Below are positions 38,478-50,800 of a stretch of 64,000 nucleotides of DNA, piece by piece (the first letter of the stretch is position 1; every line of letters begins with the position of its first letter). The notes beneath the pieces were generated by a model, which worked only from the letters and a program-made list of their open reading frames with translations, did not search any database and had not been told where the DNA came from. The translations under genes were made by a program, and so were the position numbers. This stretch comes from Chiloscyllium plagiosum (taxonomy: Eukaryota), in the NCBI RefSeq assembly GCF_004010195.1, contig NC_057719.1, positions 13,562,151 through 13,626,150 of the forward strand, read 5' to 3'.

Positions 38478-39010
38478 TGCTGAAAATGTGTTGCTGGAAA
38501 AGCGCAGCAGGTCAGGCAGCATCAGCCCTTCTTCAGGAATGAGGAAAGTGTGTCCAGCAGGCTAAGATAAAAAGTAGGGAGGAGGGACTTTGGGGAGGGG
38601 CGTTGGAAATGCGATAGGTGGAAGGAGGTCAAGGTGAGGGTGATAGGCCAGAGNNNNNNNNNNNNNNNNNNNNNNNNNNNNNNNNNNNNNNNNNNNNNNN
38701 NNNNNNNNNNNNNNNNNNNNNNNNNNNNNNNNNNNNNNNNNNNNNNNNNNNNNNATGATGTGTGTGGAGGTGCAGGTGAATTTGTGGCAGATATGGAAGT
38801 GTCCCTTGGGGCCTTGGAGGGAAGTAAGGGGGGAGGTGTGGGCGCAAGTTTTGCATTTCTTGCGGTTGCAGGGGAAGGTGCCGGGAGTGGAGGTTGGGTT
38901 GGTGGGGGGTGTGTGTGGACCTGATGAGGGAGTCATGGAGGGAGTGGTCTTTTCAGAACACTGATAGGGGAGGGGAGGGAAATATATCCCTGGTGGTGGG
39001 GTCGGTTTGG
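38478..39010 (-). mobile_element. Penelope-like element 3' part (Cys-rich linker before the GIY-YIG region, N gap, terminal repeat)
   Basis: GTFPCNRKKCKTCAH...FTCTSTH motif. Confidence 0.85.
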
Positions 39011-39709
39011 AGTTGCTTGGAGGGGAACTTGCAGGTGGTGGTGTTTCCATGTATCTGCTGCCCTTGGCCTTCTAGATGAAAGTGGTTGTGGGCTTGGAAG
39101 ATGCTGTCTGAGGATCTTTGGTGAATTTCTCCAGTGCATCTTGTAGATAGTACACACTGCTGCTACTGAGTGTCGGTGGTGGAGGGAGTGGATGCTTGTG
39201 GGAGTGATGCCAATGAGCCGGTTGCGTGGTCCTGGATGGTAGAAAGTTTCTTGGAGCTGCAGCCATCCAGACAAGTGGACGGTGGAGAAGTGTGACTAGA
39301 AAAGGAAAGAGTAACTCCTCTAACCTCAGTCATATCATCAAGAAACAACATTACAATTGTCTCAGATAAGGAGATCAAAATTGTGTGCAATACTCCAGGT
39401 GCAGTCTCACTGAAGCTCTGTACAATTGCAGCAAGTTATCCCTGTTCCTGTACTCAAATGCTCTTGCTAGTAAACTAACAGATACTGCACCTGCTTATTT
39501 CAGCAACTGGTGAACAAGGACACCCTGGTTCCATTGCACATTCCTCTCTCCCAATCTATCCCATTCAGATAACAATCTGCCTTCCTGTTTTTGCAACCAA
39601 AGTGGATAACCTCACACACATATCCACATTGTACTGCATCTGAGATGCATTTGCCCACTCACTGTGCCTGTCCAAATCACACTGAAGAATCTCTGCATCC
39701 TCCTCACAG

Positions 39710-39742
<33 letters not shown>

Positions 39743-39809
39743 CCAGCTTTGTATTATCTGCCAACGTGGAGACATTGCTTTTAACTCCCACATCCAGATC
39801 ATTAATAAA

Positions 39810-40255
39810 GCAGCTTGCATTTTTATAGTAACTTTCACACACTCAGCTGATTCAGAGTGGTTCATTGCTGACAAGATAATTTTGAAGCGTAGCCACTTTT
39901 TATTGCATGTTCAAAAATTTACACACAGTCTAAGATTCACAGACTGCCAGTTAATGTTAGTTTTTGACTGTATATTGAGGGTAGAGTATTGGCAGGAAGT
40001 CTTCCAATATTTTCATATAGTGCTATGCAATTTTAGTGCATCACTCTGGAAGGACAGACAGATAAGGCTGCCTTTTAGCATTTTATCTGAAAATTACATC
40101 CTCTCTCTCTTTCTCTCTCTCCCTCTCTCTCCCTCTCTCTCTCTCTCTGTCTCAGTGCTACACTGAAGTGACAGTTACGGACTCAGGTTTTGAAGTGGAA
40201 CCAGAAACCATAACGTTCTGCCGTGGTGGTGTGTTTGTTACTCTGCTAAACTGGC
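39810..40255 (-). mobile_element. Old DeuSINE-like (SacSINE1/AmnSINE1-type) element
   Basis: L2-type tail gcttgcatttttatag and Deu-like core (cagtgctacactgaagtg), recognised from memory; degenerate. Confidence 0.5.
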
Positions 40256-40928
40256 ACACAGGTCATGAATCTACAGTAACCTATATCTGGTGTATTAAAC
40301 AATGTCTGTGAGTGTCAGATCTTGTTACGAACCCTGTAGAGATTGGTAACAGTTTTAAAAATGTCAAACTTCTAGTGAGCAGCCGAAAGAAAGAGAGTTC
40401 ACATTTTAAAACCTTTACTGAAACAAATGACTAAAATGCTACCTCCAACCAAACACTTGCCGTTTTCTAAGCAGCTTATATTTTAAACTAAAGAGAAGTA
40501 TGTCGACTTTTTACATTTCTTGCACTTTGCACTCTAGATGGAATCACAGTCTTTTTCATGAATGATCCACAGTCTGTCCCAACTTCCAATCACTTTTGAA
40601 ACTCTCGCTTTGCCAGGGAATAAATTTGGTGCATTTTACCCAACTGTGGAAAAAATCCTAATGGTAGTAAAGCCTGTTCCAATGTTTGTCCATCCCCTGG
40701 CCAATCCAGAAGGAATATGCTGGAATCCCTGTAAGATGCATTAGGGATGGTCTCCCTCCCATGTGACTGTGACAGCACAAAGAGCCAAAATAGTCTTTCT
40801 CTTCTGCTGACTGTCCAGCTCGTGTTTACTGATTTGTACGGATGCTTGTAAATGGATGTTGAACAAGGTCCTCCCTGCCCTGTTCCCCGTGGCACCATGA
40901 AACACCTTGCTTCTTTCCCTCTTCTTAC

Positions 40929-41058
40929 CCTCATGCATTTTTCATGCTCAGATTAAATGGGCAGCCTACAACCCATTACTTTCTAGAAGATTCAGTCTAT
41001 ACATTTTACATTCAGAGTCCTGCTGATTGTCTTCAGCATAAATACCTTGCCCCTTCCT
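40929..41058 (-). pseudogene. Exon (end of N domain / N-M linker), heavily disrupted
   Basis: Strong ttcttttacag acceptor and AGG|gtaaga donor, 130 nt. Frame ambiguous, several stops. Confidence 0.5.
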
Positions 41059-41659
41059 CTGTAAAAGAATCTAATCTTCCTTTGATCTTGAGGAACCCAA
41101 CCATCACACTCTCCATTTGGATTGCGAACAATTCAGCATTGTGCTGGAGTCTCCGGGAATAAAGGCTTCAACATCCCGAAGAAGACAACGGCCTGATGAA
41201 GGAGCGTCGCTCCGAAGGCTAGTGCTCCCGATTAAACCTGTTGCACTATCACCTGGTGTTGTGTGATTTTTAACTTTGTACACCCCAGTCCAACACCGGC
41301 ATCTCCGAATCCCGAAGAAGACTATGAAAGTATAAGAAACAGGAACGGGAGTAGGTAATTTGCCCCCTTGAGCCTGATCTGCCATTCAATAGGATCATAG
41401 CTGATTCGACTTTCCTCATGTCCACTTTCCTGGCTTTTCCCAGTAACCTTTGATTCCACCACTATCTATCTCAGTCTTAAAACAGAGTGCCGTTGAAGGC
41501 TATCCAGATGCAGATTTATCAGGGCATTCAAAGGCTTTTTAAAAATTTTTCTTTGAGAGAATTTCTCTCTGACTTCTTAGTTATGGAAATGCTGGGGTTG
41601 TGATGTTTCACTGACAGTTAAACCTCATCCACCTGGATAAACAGAAAGTCTTTCACTTC

Positions 41660-42000
41660 CATAGGATCCCCTACAGTGTGGAAGCAGGCCCCAGTCCGCT
41701 GAGTCCACAGCAACTTCTTTGGTGAGCACCCAACCCTGACTCATCTCCCTGTCCCCATAACCCTGTATTTCTCATGGTTAATCCACATAGCCTGCACATT
41801 CCTGGACACGATGCACCAGTTTAGCAATCTAACTAACCTGCACAGTTTTGGACTGCGGGAGGAAACTGGCAAAGGAAACCCATGCAGACACGGGGAGAAT
41901 GTGCAAACTCCATTCAGACAGTCGCCCGAGGCTGGAATCAAACCTGGGTCCCTGGCGCTGTGAGGCTGCAGTGCTAACCACTGAGCCATTGTGTTGCCCA
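41660..42000 (-). mobile_element. HE1-type SINE, head region tandemly duplicated downstream
   Basis: Reverse complement similarity; 41895-42067 repeated at 42068-42240. Confidence 0.85.
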
Positions 42001-43214
42001 CATCACTTGTTGTGAGAAGACGGCACTGTAATGTGTTCAATGGCAGGAATATGGACTCTAGGTCTGTGAGAATGTGCAAACTCCATTCAGACAGTCGCCC
42101 GAGGCTGGAATCAAACCCGGGTCCCTGGCGCTGTGAGGCTGCAGTGCTAACCACTGAGTCATTGTGTTGCCCACATCACTTGTTGTGAGAAGACGGCACT
42201 CTAATGTGTTCAATGGCAGGAATATGGACTCTAGGTCTGTTAAGAGTTGACAACTCATATGCTGAAACTTCCCACACATTGTTCCATTTGAGTTGCCAGC
42301 CTCATCTTGCTGAGCTTAATATCCTTTTTTGTTTCATTCATGGCAATGCTCGCCAGCTAAGCCAATATCTTTTTTTTGCCCCTTAATTGTCCTTGAGAAG
42401 GGAGAGAGGAAGCACTCTCTTGAACTGCTATAACCCTTATGGTGTGGGGACACCCGCCTAGCTTTTAGGGAGGAGTCACCAGGAGTTTGACCCAGTGAGG
42501 GAGCAGTGATGTGGTTCCAAGTTAGGATGACCCTGAGGCATCACTTGTCTCAGTGTTGAGAGGGTGATGACGGGCAGTGTGTCATTATCATCATGCACTG
42601 GCAAGCAAGAGAGATGTAACCATGTGATTCTGCACACTTCACATCGGCTGTCTAGGAATGTAAAGGTGGCCTCTGACAAAGTGACTTGAAACGTTAACTC
42701 TTTCTCCATCCACAGATACTGCCTGCCCTGCTGATTACTGTCAGACATTGTTGGTCTCATTCTGTAAAGAGACGATATGACGAAAGTGTGATCCTCTAGT
42801 ACATAAAGTATCAATAGTCTGTAGTTCAGGGTCTCAGCACTCACAGAGCTGACAATGTTTGTCACTAACTAATGGAGACATTCATGACTAATGCATTGGC
42901 AGCAGCAAATAATTAACCAGCGATTGCTATGCATCCCAGTAGCCAGTTAATGTTAATAATTATCACATTCCCAACTGATGTTGCAGTTACCTAGTCTCTT
43001 CAGTGACGTGCATAACAATCATTGTTTTTTTTGAGATGAGCACTCTGTAATCCTGTCTGAGGCATCAGCGCACGCAGCAATGCCACAGTCGGAGGATAGC
43101 TGCCAGTTTTTAGCAGCCCTGAGGGGCAGGCAATATTTACCCTTCAGCAATACCACCCCCATCCTAACATTCCATCGCATTCTATGTAGCATCTGTCACA
43201 GCATTTCAACGTAC

Positions 43215-43468
43215 TTCTGGTAAATTCTATTTTATAATTAACTGGGAGGCAGCGTGGGGGCGTTGAGTTGATAGATGTTCTCGGCTTGTGTAGAGGGGAG
43301 TGACTGCTGCAGCAGTTTTGCTCACAATGAGCTATGAGAATGATCTCAGAGTGTTCACCTTGACTGAGAGGGTGCGACTCTGGCTCTGGCTGGTAACCAA
43401 GTACAAGGCAGTGGAATGAAGAGATCAGACAAGGGCCTGCGATTCCATCTTAATTATGTCCCTCACCA
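43215..43468 (-). pseudogene. Exon (N2 bundle): MVRDIIKMESQALV*SLHSTALYLVTSQSQSRTLSVKVNTLRSFS*LIVSKTAAAVT...
   Basis: ccccctcag acceptor, phase 1 start, gtacgt donor (3' boundary less certain). Resembles vinculin LVTYTKNLGPGM...[28 protein letters not shown]. Confidence 0.65.
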
Positions 43469-43684
43469 CTGAGGGGGTTTTAGAAGGGTCCCATGTTTTA
43501 AGGCCAATCACCGAATCCACCTCAAACTCGGTTTTCGGTGAGTCAGTTGGAGAGGGGAACCAGGATGTATGGTGACAACAACAAAAAAAACTTGCTTTCA
43601 TACAGAGCCTTTTACGGTATTAAAATGCCCAAAGCTGCTTTGTAGGGGTGTTAATCAATATTTGACAGCCAACCAATTGCATGA

Positions 43685-43910
43685 TGGTACAAGTGGTTAG
43701 CACTGCTGCCTCACAGCGCGAGGGACACGGGTTTAATTCCAGCCGTGGGTGACAGTCTGTGTGGAGTTTGCACATTCTCCCTGTACCTGAGTGGGTTTTC
43801 TCCGGGTGCTCTAGTTTCCTCCCAAAGTCCAAAACTGTGCAGATTAGGGTGGATTGGCCATGCTAAACTGCCCCATAGTGTCCAGGCTGGGTGGGTTAGT
43901 CATGGGACAT
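43685..43910 (+). mobile_element. HE1-type SINE, truncated
   Basis: tRNA head and V core. Confidence 0.8.
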
Positions 43911-45384
43911 GCATAGCTTTGCACAAGCAGTGAATTTCAACAAGAAAGAGGGTGAGAGAGGAGGCAAGGTTTAGAGAAAAATTCCAGCCTAGCTATTAAA
44001 GGCACAGTCGAACAATAAAAACAGCTGAAGATAAGCCTTGCTAAGGAGCTTTGGTTCCTACTGTTCAGCTCTACTCCGACAGTACACTGGTCAGAGGCGT
44101 CTGCCTTAAACAAAAATACCAGAGGTGGTGATAAGGATTGAGCCAGCCTACCAGTTGACACAGGAGCTGTTGTGGCACCTTGCCACAACATGGACTGGAA
44201 GGCCCATGTTCAAGTCCCACCTGACCCAGAGGTTTGTCACCAAAGCTTGTCTGAGCAGGTTGAAGAAAATAACCATCATTGGCTGGCATCAACACATTGG
44301 ATAACAAATGTTCAGGTGGGTGAGAGCCTGAAGCATGCGTGAGCGTGATGCCACTGGGCTCCCCATGACCCTGGAGAAGATTGTCAATCAGTCTGATCAT
44401 CCTTGAGAGATGCTACACTAGGACTGCAACTTCACATTTAGTGTTCTGAGGAAGGGTTGCTGGACTTGAAACGTTAACTGATTTCTCTCCACAGATGCTG
44501 CCAGACCCGCTGAGCTTTTCCAGCAGTTTCTGTTTTTGTTTCTGATTTACAGCACGTTCTGTCAGTTTTTAGCAGATTGGAGGTGTTAAGTTCACACACA
44601 GGTGGCGGGGGTAATGGAGATGGCTCACTTGACTGGGCAGCTGGTTTGCAATGCAGAGTGAGGCTGACAGCACAGGTTCAGTCCCTGGACCTGCTGAGAT
44701 GACCATGAAGGTCCTGTTTTCTCAACCTCCCTGCTCACCTGAGACATGGCGACCTTTAGGTTAAACTGGTCAGCAGTTCTATGCCCCTCTGGGCGCTTTA
44801 CCTTTGTCAAGTCAGAGCAATGAATGCTGCGTTACAAATGGCCAAGTTAAGGTTTGCCTTAAAAAAAGGTGTTAGACATCCATATGCTAATATCACCATC
44901 ACTCATTGACCCTTCTACTGGACAGGAATGGTAAATACAACTGGGTACACTGTGGGAAACACCACTTGCCAAATAAAATTAGAGCCAGCTATTAAAACAA
45001 AACTAATGTTCATTCAAAGTGACTTTGATTAAGGGGAAGTGCACTCTATTGAATTGTCACAGTATCGGAAATGTTGCAATATGTTACACAGCGTAATTTG
45101 ATTTAGTGATCATCATTTATAATAATTAACTGTCTGTAGCATTCAATCTGTCCTCACCACGACAACAGCCCATATGTCTCTGTTTTTGATTCGTGTGATT
45201 TTATTGCATTGATCGGATTCATGGTATTGTGGCTCCAATCCAATTCACAGGGGGTTTTGACAGAAGCAGACACGGAGAAACTCTTCCCAAGGACAAGGGA
45301 ACTGATAACCAAAGAACACTGATTTAATATCATTCAAATCAAAGGACTGAAGAGCTTGTTCAACTCCAGGTTCCCATCAGAGGG

Positions 45385-46012
45385 AGACCAGAATTGCGCA
45401 TAATATTCCAAAAGTGTCCTAACCAATGGTTGTATAGGACATTGGTTAGATCACTTTTGGAATATTGTGTGCAATTCTGGTCTCCGTCCTATAGGAAAAA
45501 TGTTGTGAAACTTGAAGGGGTTCTGAAAACAATCTATAAGGATGTTGCCAGGGTTGGAGGACCTGAGCTATAAGGGGAGGCTGAATAGGCTGGGGCTGTT
45601 TTCCCTGAAGAGTTGGATTCTGAGCGGTGACCTCGTAGAGGTTTATAAAATCATGAGGGGCATGGATAGGATAAATAGACAAGGTCTTTGCCCTGGGTCG
45701 GGGAATCCAGACCTAGAGGGCATAGGTTAAGGGTGAGAGGGGAAAGATGTAAAATGGACCTAAGGGGCAAGTTTTTCACGCAGAGGGTGGTACGTGTATG
45801 AAATCAGCTGCCAGAGGAAGTGGCGGAGGCTGGAACAATTGCAACATTCAAAAGGCATCTGGATGGGTATATGAATAGGAAGGGTTTAGAGTGATATGGA
45901 CCAAGTGCTGGGAAATGGGACATGATTTATTTAGAATATCTGGTTGGCCTGGACGAGTTGGACCAAAGGGTCTGTTTCCGTGCTGTACATCTCTTTGACT
46001 CGATGACTCTAT
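45385..46012 (+). mobile_element. HER1/CR1 LINE 3' part with a short 5' inversion
   Basis: RT C-terminus and UTR; inverted segment ~45385-45429. Confidence 0.88.
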
Positions 46013-46559
46013 AAGTTGCTGCATTCAGAGGTGGCTGAAAAGGGTAGCAGAAGCGGAATTGATGGTATATTTCAAAAAGAGACTGGATGCATGTTTGAAC
46101 AGGAAGAGCTGGAGGGGGAAGAGCAGGCTAGTACAGCCAGCAAGCATGTACAATCAGGATGGGCCAAATAGCCTCTTTCTGTACATCCCCGAGTTTTCAT
46201 CACTCTGCCAGCGGCTTCACCTTGAGATATCAAAGTCCTAGTCCTTGGAATTCTTTTCCTAAATTTTTTCGCCTCTCTTTTATCCTTTAAGACACTTCCT
46301 GAGATTTTGTACCCAGGTACCTTTGTGCTTAAGATAGGACAAGAAGTGGAGACTTTATGCACTTTTCACTGTAGTCCTGCATCTCCGTACTTGAGTACAC
46401 TTGACAATAAACTTAATTCCAATTATAAAACTTACTTCAATGGCCTGAATATTTCCTCACGCGGCTTGGTGCCCAAATTTATTAATTTTAATGAACCCTG
46501 TCATGCACCTTTGGCTCTTAAAGGTGCTACGTAAATGCATGTTGTTGTTGCTGATTCTC

Positions 46560-46805
46560 ATACAGTGTGGAAACAGGCCCTTCGGCCCAACAAATCCACA
46601 CCAACCCTCCGATGAGTAACCCACCCAGATGCATTCCCTTCCCCTATTATCCTACATTTACCCCTGACTGATGCACCTAACCTACACATCCCTGAACACT
46701 ATGGGCAATTTAGCATGGCCAATTCACCAAGCCTGCACATCTTTGGAGCATCTGGAAGAAATCCATGCAGACACAGGGAGAATGTGCAAACTCCACACAG
46801 ACTGT
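46560..46805 (-). mobile_element. HE1-type SINE lacking the head
   Basis: Reverse complement similarity. Confidence 0.8.
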
Positions 46806-47276
46806 TAAAGAACATTTTCAAACTCTGTGCAGGAATCTGTTCACAGTGAGCAAAGATGAGCGATCTAAAATATATTTTTTGATGATTAAGAGCGAGCATA
46901 TGCACAATTTCTCTGATCTGTACTCTGAGCCCTTTATTTGCTGTAATATCAATGGTACACTTGAACATGGTTTAGATTAATGTGGCACACTTTCATTAAA
47001 CTACTAAGCCCATAGTCAAAATGACACTGATTGCTTTAGTAGCCCTTTGACCCAAGGTCTGCCTCATGGTAGTAAACAAGGAGTCACTGGCACAAAAGCA
47101 GAAATTGCTGGAAAAGCTCACCCAATCTGGCAGAGAAATCACACTTCAGGGTCTAGTGACCTTTCTGAGGAAGGTGGAGACATTAAACCTTCTGAGGAAG
47201 GGTCACTGGAGCTGTAACCTGAACTCTGATTTCTCTCTGCAGATGCTTCAGACTTGCTGAGCTTTTCCAGCAACTT

Positions 47277-47760
47277 ATAGAGTCATAGAGATGTACAGCA
47301 TGGAAACAAACCCTTCAGTCCAACCCGTCCATGCCGTTCAGATATCCCACCCCAATCTAGTCCCACCTGCCAGCACCTGGCCCATATCCTTCCAAACCCT
47401 TCCTATTCATATACCCATCCAAATGCCTCTTAAATGTTGCAATTGTACCAGCCTCCACCACTTCCTCTGGCAGCTCATTCCATACNNNNNNNNNNNNNNN
47501 NNNNNNNNNNNNNNNNNNNNNNNNNNNNNNNNNNNNNNNNNNNNNNNNNNNNNNNNNNNNNNNNNNNNNNNCTTTCACATTTCACAACATCTTTCCGATA
47601 GGAAGGAAACCAGAATTGCATGCAATATTCCAACAGTGGCCTAACCAATGTCCTGTACAGCCGCAACATGACCTCCCAACTCCTGTACTCAATACTCTGA
47701 CCAATAAAGGAAAGCATACCAAACGCCTTCTTCACTATCCTATCTACCTGCGACTCCACT
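47277..47760 (-). mobile_element. HER1/CR1 LINE 3' part (N gap)
   Basis: ESQVDRIVKKAFGMLSFI..LEYCMQFW. Confidence 0.9.
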
Positions 47761-48294
47761 TTTGTTTTTTTTTCTGTTTTTTTCTGGGTTTTTTTCTGAT
47801 TTACAGCATCCGCGGTTCTTTCGGTCTCACTGGAGATTGAGTTGGCTCCAAATTGCCGAATAGGATACCTAGTGCTAGGTGAGGAGTGTACAGCTCAAGG
47901 ATACTGTTGCTCAATGATTCATATTGGAATCTGGGAATTGTAACGACAGTCAGCTAAAGGCTTTTTTCTTATCCTGGAGATTCCTGATGTGTTACGAATA
48001 TAAATGGAGTGTCTTCTGACTGGTAGCAATTCAGTTTGGTTGCACAAGAGTTGTTTACAGAATAAAGTCAACTGGACAGAACATCATGCCAGGTATAAAC
48101 GGGGCAGCCAATACTAAGCTGTTAGTAATTACAATGTGCTCTGCCTGACTCTAAGGTTAAATAATAAATCAGAGAATCACACAGAAAGATCCACAGTTAC
48201 TCTCTCTAATGTTCAAGTCCCAACATTAGACAGAGTAGTAAGACCTTTGTACAGGGGTTTGTTGATATCCAGTCAACTGGTGGATTGTTTGTAC

Positions 48295-48412
48295 TTCTGT
48301 GAGAAACTTGAACATTTCATTTCTTCACGGGCTCTCTGATATTTCAAGCTGCAAAGCTGGTTGCAACAATAATTAACAAATCGACAAGGGATCTCTCAGG
48401 CTGGGAATCTCT
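48295..48412 (-). pseudogene. Exon: RDSQPERSLVDLLIIVATSFAA*NIREPVKK*NVQVSHR
   Basis: ttctcactctgcgttttcag acceptor after a 90-nt intron, weak gtacaa donor, phase 0-1. SLVDLLII resembles vinculin GTSDLLLT and catenin AVTRLLIL. Confidence 0.6.
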
Positions 48413-48502
48413 CTGAAAACGCAGAGTGAGAAACTATTTGTATGCTGTCCTCACAACTTGCTTTTGATATGTAGATTCAGAAAGATCTTTGTTCAATCAT
48501 AC

Positions 48503-48663
48503 TTTCTATCTAGGTAGCTTTCTGGATCTGTTGGTGGGAGAGTGATGTGACAGTGCAGCCAGTGTGGTCATGGACATTGTGATAACACGCTACCCAAGAA
48601 ATAGACGAGGGGAATCTGATGGCCCTACGACAGAGCGGCCTGTCTATGCTACACTGATAGCAG
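48503..48663 (-). pseudogene. Exon (N1 bundle): AAISVA*TGRSVVGPSDSPRLFLG*RVITMSMTTLAALSHHSPTNRSRKLPR*K
   Basis: ctttgcatcttag acceptor, AAA|gtatga donor, 161 nt, phase 1-0. Resembles vinculin [22 protein letters not shown]. Confidence 0.65.
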
Positions 48664-48940
48664 CTAAGATGCAAAGTTATGGCATTACACTGTGCCATCA
48701 TGGTATCACGAGAATGTAGGAACAGAAATAGGCCATTCAGCCCCTTGAACTTTCTCTACTATTCTGTTAGATCAGATACAATCTGTATCCCAACTCCAAT
48801 CATCTCCCTTCCTTCACATCCCATGACAGCAAGTAGTGGTACTCAGTGTGATAATGGACCAGTTAGCTGGATGACTGACTTATGATGCAAGCTTACACCA
48901 ACAGTGGGGGTTCAATTCCTACACTGGCTGAGGTTACCAT

Positions 48941-49700
48941 TGTTATGACACGGCAGTGAACCCCTCTGCTAATTAAACCAAACACCCAGAAAAGCTCACC
49001 TTGCCTTGTAATCTGTTAGAGAGCTACCCAACTTCCAGTATTTAAAGAAAAAAATAACAATTTTATTCTTTAACTCCAAAAGTGAACATTAAACAACAAC
49101 TATTTACAACTCTAAGCCTCCTTTTTCTTAAAGGTTTGTTATTTACCTCCCACTCTATACCAATATACTGATCCAATAAAGCCCCTATTAAATTTACAGC
49201 AATTAATGTTTTCAAAACCAGACAGCTCCTGTTGGCTCCGGTGTTGATCTTCCTCTGTTTGTAGATCTCTGGGTCACCTTTGGTCTTCTCCTGCAAAGAT
49301 GTTTCATATGAAGAAGGTACCTTTGACAGAGAGTGTTCTGGACAGTCTGTCTGACTATAGCACGTGGGGCTCTTTTCTCCTGGCTAACTGTCCAAAATGC
49401 CTGCTTTTTATACGCCAAACATCAGATTGTCTCATTGCTTCAATGTTGTCAAAATAGTAAAATTCAAATTCAATTGGGTTTTCGTATCTTGCGGCATAAT
49501 TAAAACTGACTGGTTAAATTCGAACTGCTGTGAAAACAACTCAGGTATCAAGGTAACAGTCAAATGTTACATCTTCAAATTGTCCAGTACATTCTGTGCC
49601 TGTGCATCAGTCACATGACAGGTGCTTGTCAGCTTTCACTCTCTCTTTAAAGTACAGTACATAAAGTACTCTCTTTAAAGTACAGTTCAACTTCATAACA
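48941..49700. mobile_element. Probable solo LTR (760 bp) inserted in a tRNA-SINE (~48840-48940 plus 49705-49830)
   Basis: Ends TGTTATGA...TCATAACA; flanks ccat/caat; uninterrupted host SINE copies at ~18050-18240 and ~44620-44800. Confidence 0.7.
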
Positions 49701-49964
49701 CAATAAAGGACTCTCCCCTCACCTGAGGCATGGTGACCCTCAGGTTAAACCACCACTAGTCCTCTCTCTCTCTCTCTCTGATGAGAGAGCAGCCCTATGG
49801 TCCTGTAAGTCTATTATGACTTTACATATATTTACCATGTCCTAGGAAGGTCAGATGTCCCTGAAAACCATAGCCACATGGTGTTAGAACTCCCGATCAC
49901 AAATTGGGAACTCTCAGACCCAACTCTCCTATAGCGGGTTCCTTCCCAAAACCATTCTGCTTGA

Positions 49965-50203
49965 ACACACACACACACACGTATACAGATGCATACACTT
50001 ATACACACACACACACTAAATACACACATGTACACAGGCACACAGAACCACACATACACACACACTAAATACACACATGTACACAGACACAGACACACAG
50101 ACCCACACATACGCCCACACTAAACACATACATGTACACAGACACAGACACACACGTACACACATACATGCACAGAAAACTCACACACGCGCACACACAC
50201 ACC
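49965..50203. repeat. Degenerate (CA)n microsatellite
   Basis: Direct inspection. Confidence 0.95.
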
Positions 50204-50800
50204 CTGAGCAGAGTAAACTGACCTGATACGTGACAGATTAAATTTGAAATTTGAAATTTGAATTGCTTGAATGAATGAGAAGAGGCAATAGAAACTGCAG
50301 TGGAAGTTCATTATGACATGGATGTTTGGTTGGGTTCCAAAAATATGTAGAGCCTTTGTTTTTTTAAAATCATTCATGGGATGAGGGTGCCTCTGGCTGG
50401 CCCAGCATTTATTCCCCAACCCAGCTGGGAAGTCAACTACATTGCTGTGGGTCTGGAGTCAGGTGTAGGCCCGACCAGGTCAGGATAGCAGTTTCATAGA
50501 GACATAGACATAGAAGAATACAGCGCAGTACATGAGGGTGCCTCTGGCTGGCCCAGCATTTATTCCCCAACCCAGCTGGGAAGTCAACTACATTGCTGTG
50601 GGTCTGGAGTCAGGTGTAGGCCCGACCAGGTAAGGATAGCAGTTTCCTTCCATAAAGGACATTAGTGAACCAGATGGACCCAAGATGGTGCTAGAATCTC
50701 TGCTGAATTGATGGACCAAAGATTGTGTTAGCATCTCTGAGATGCAGACCTCCTTCTTCAATGTTGCTGTGATTTTTCCGACAGCTTCTTAGTCGGTTAC

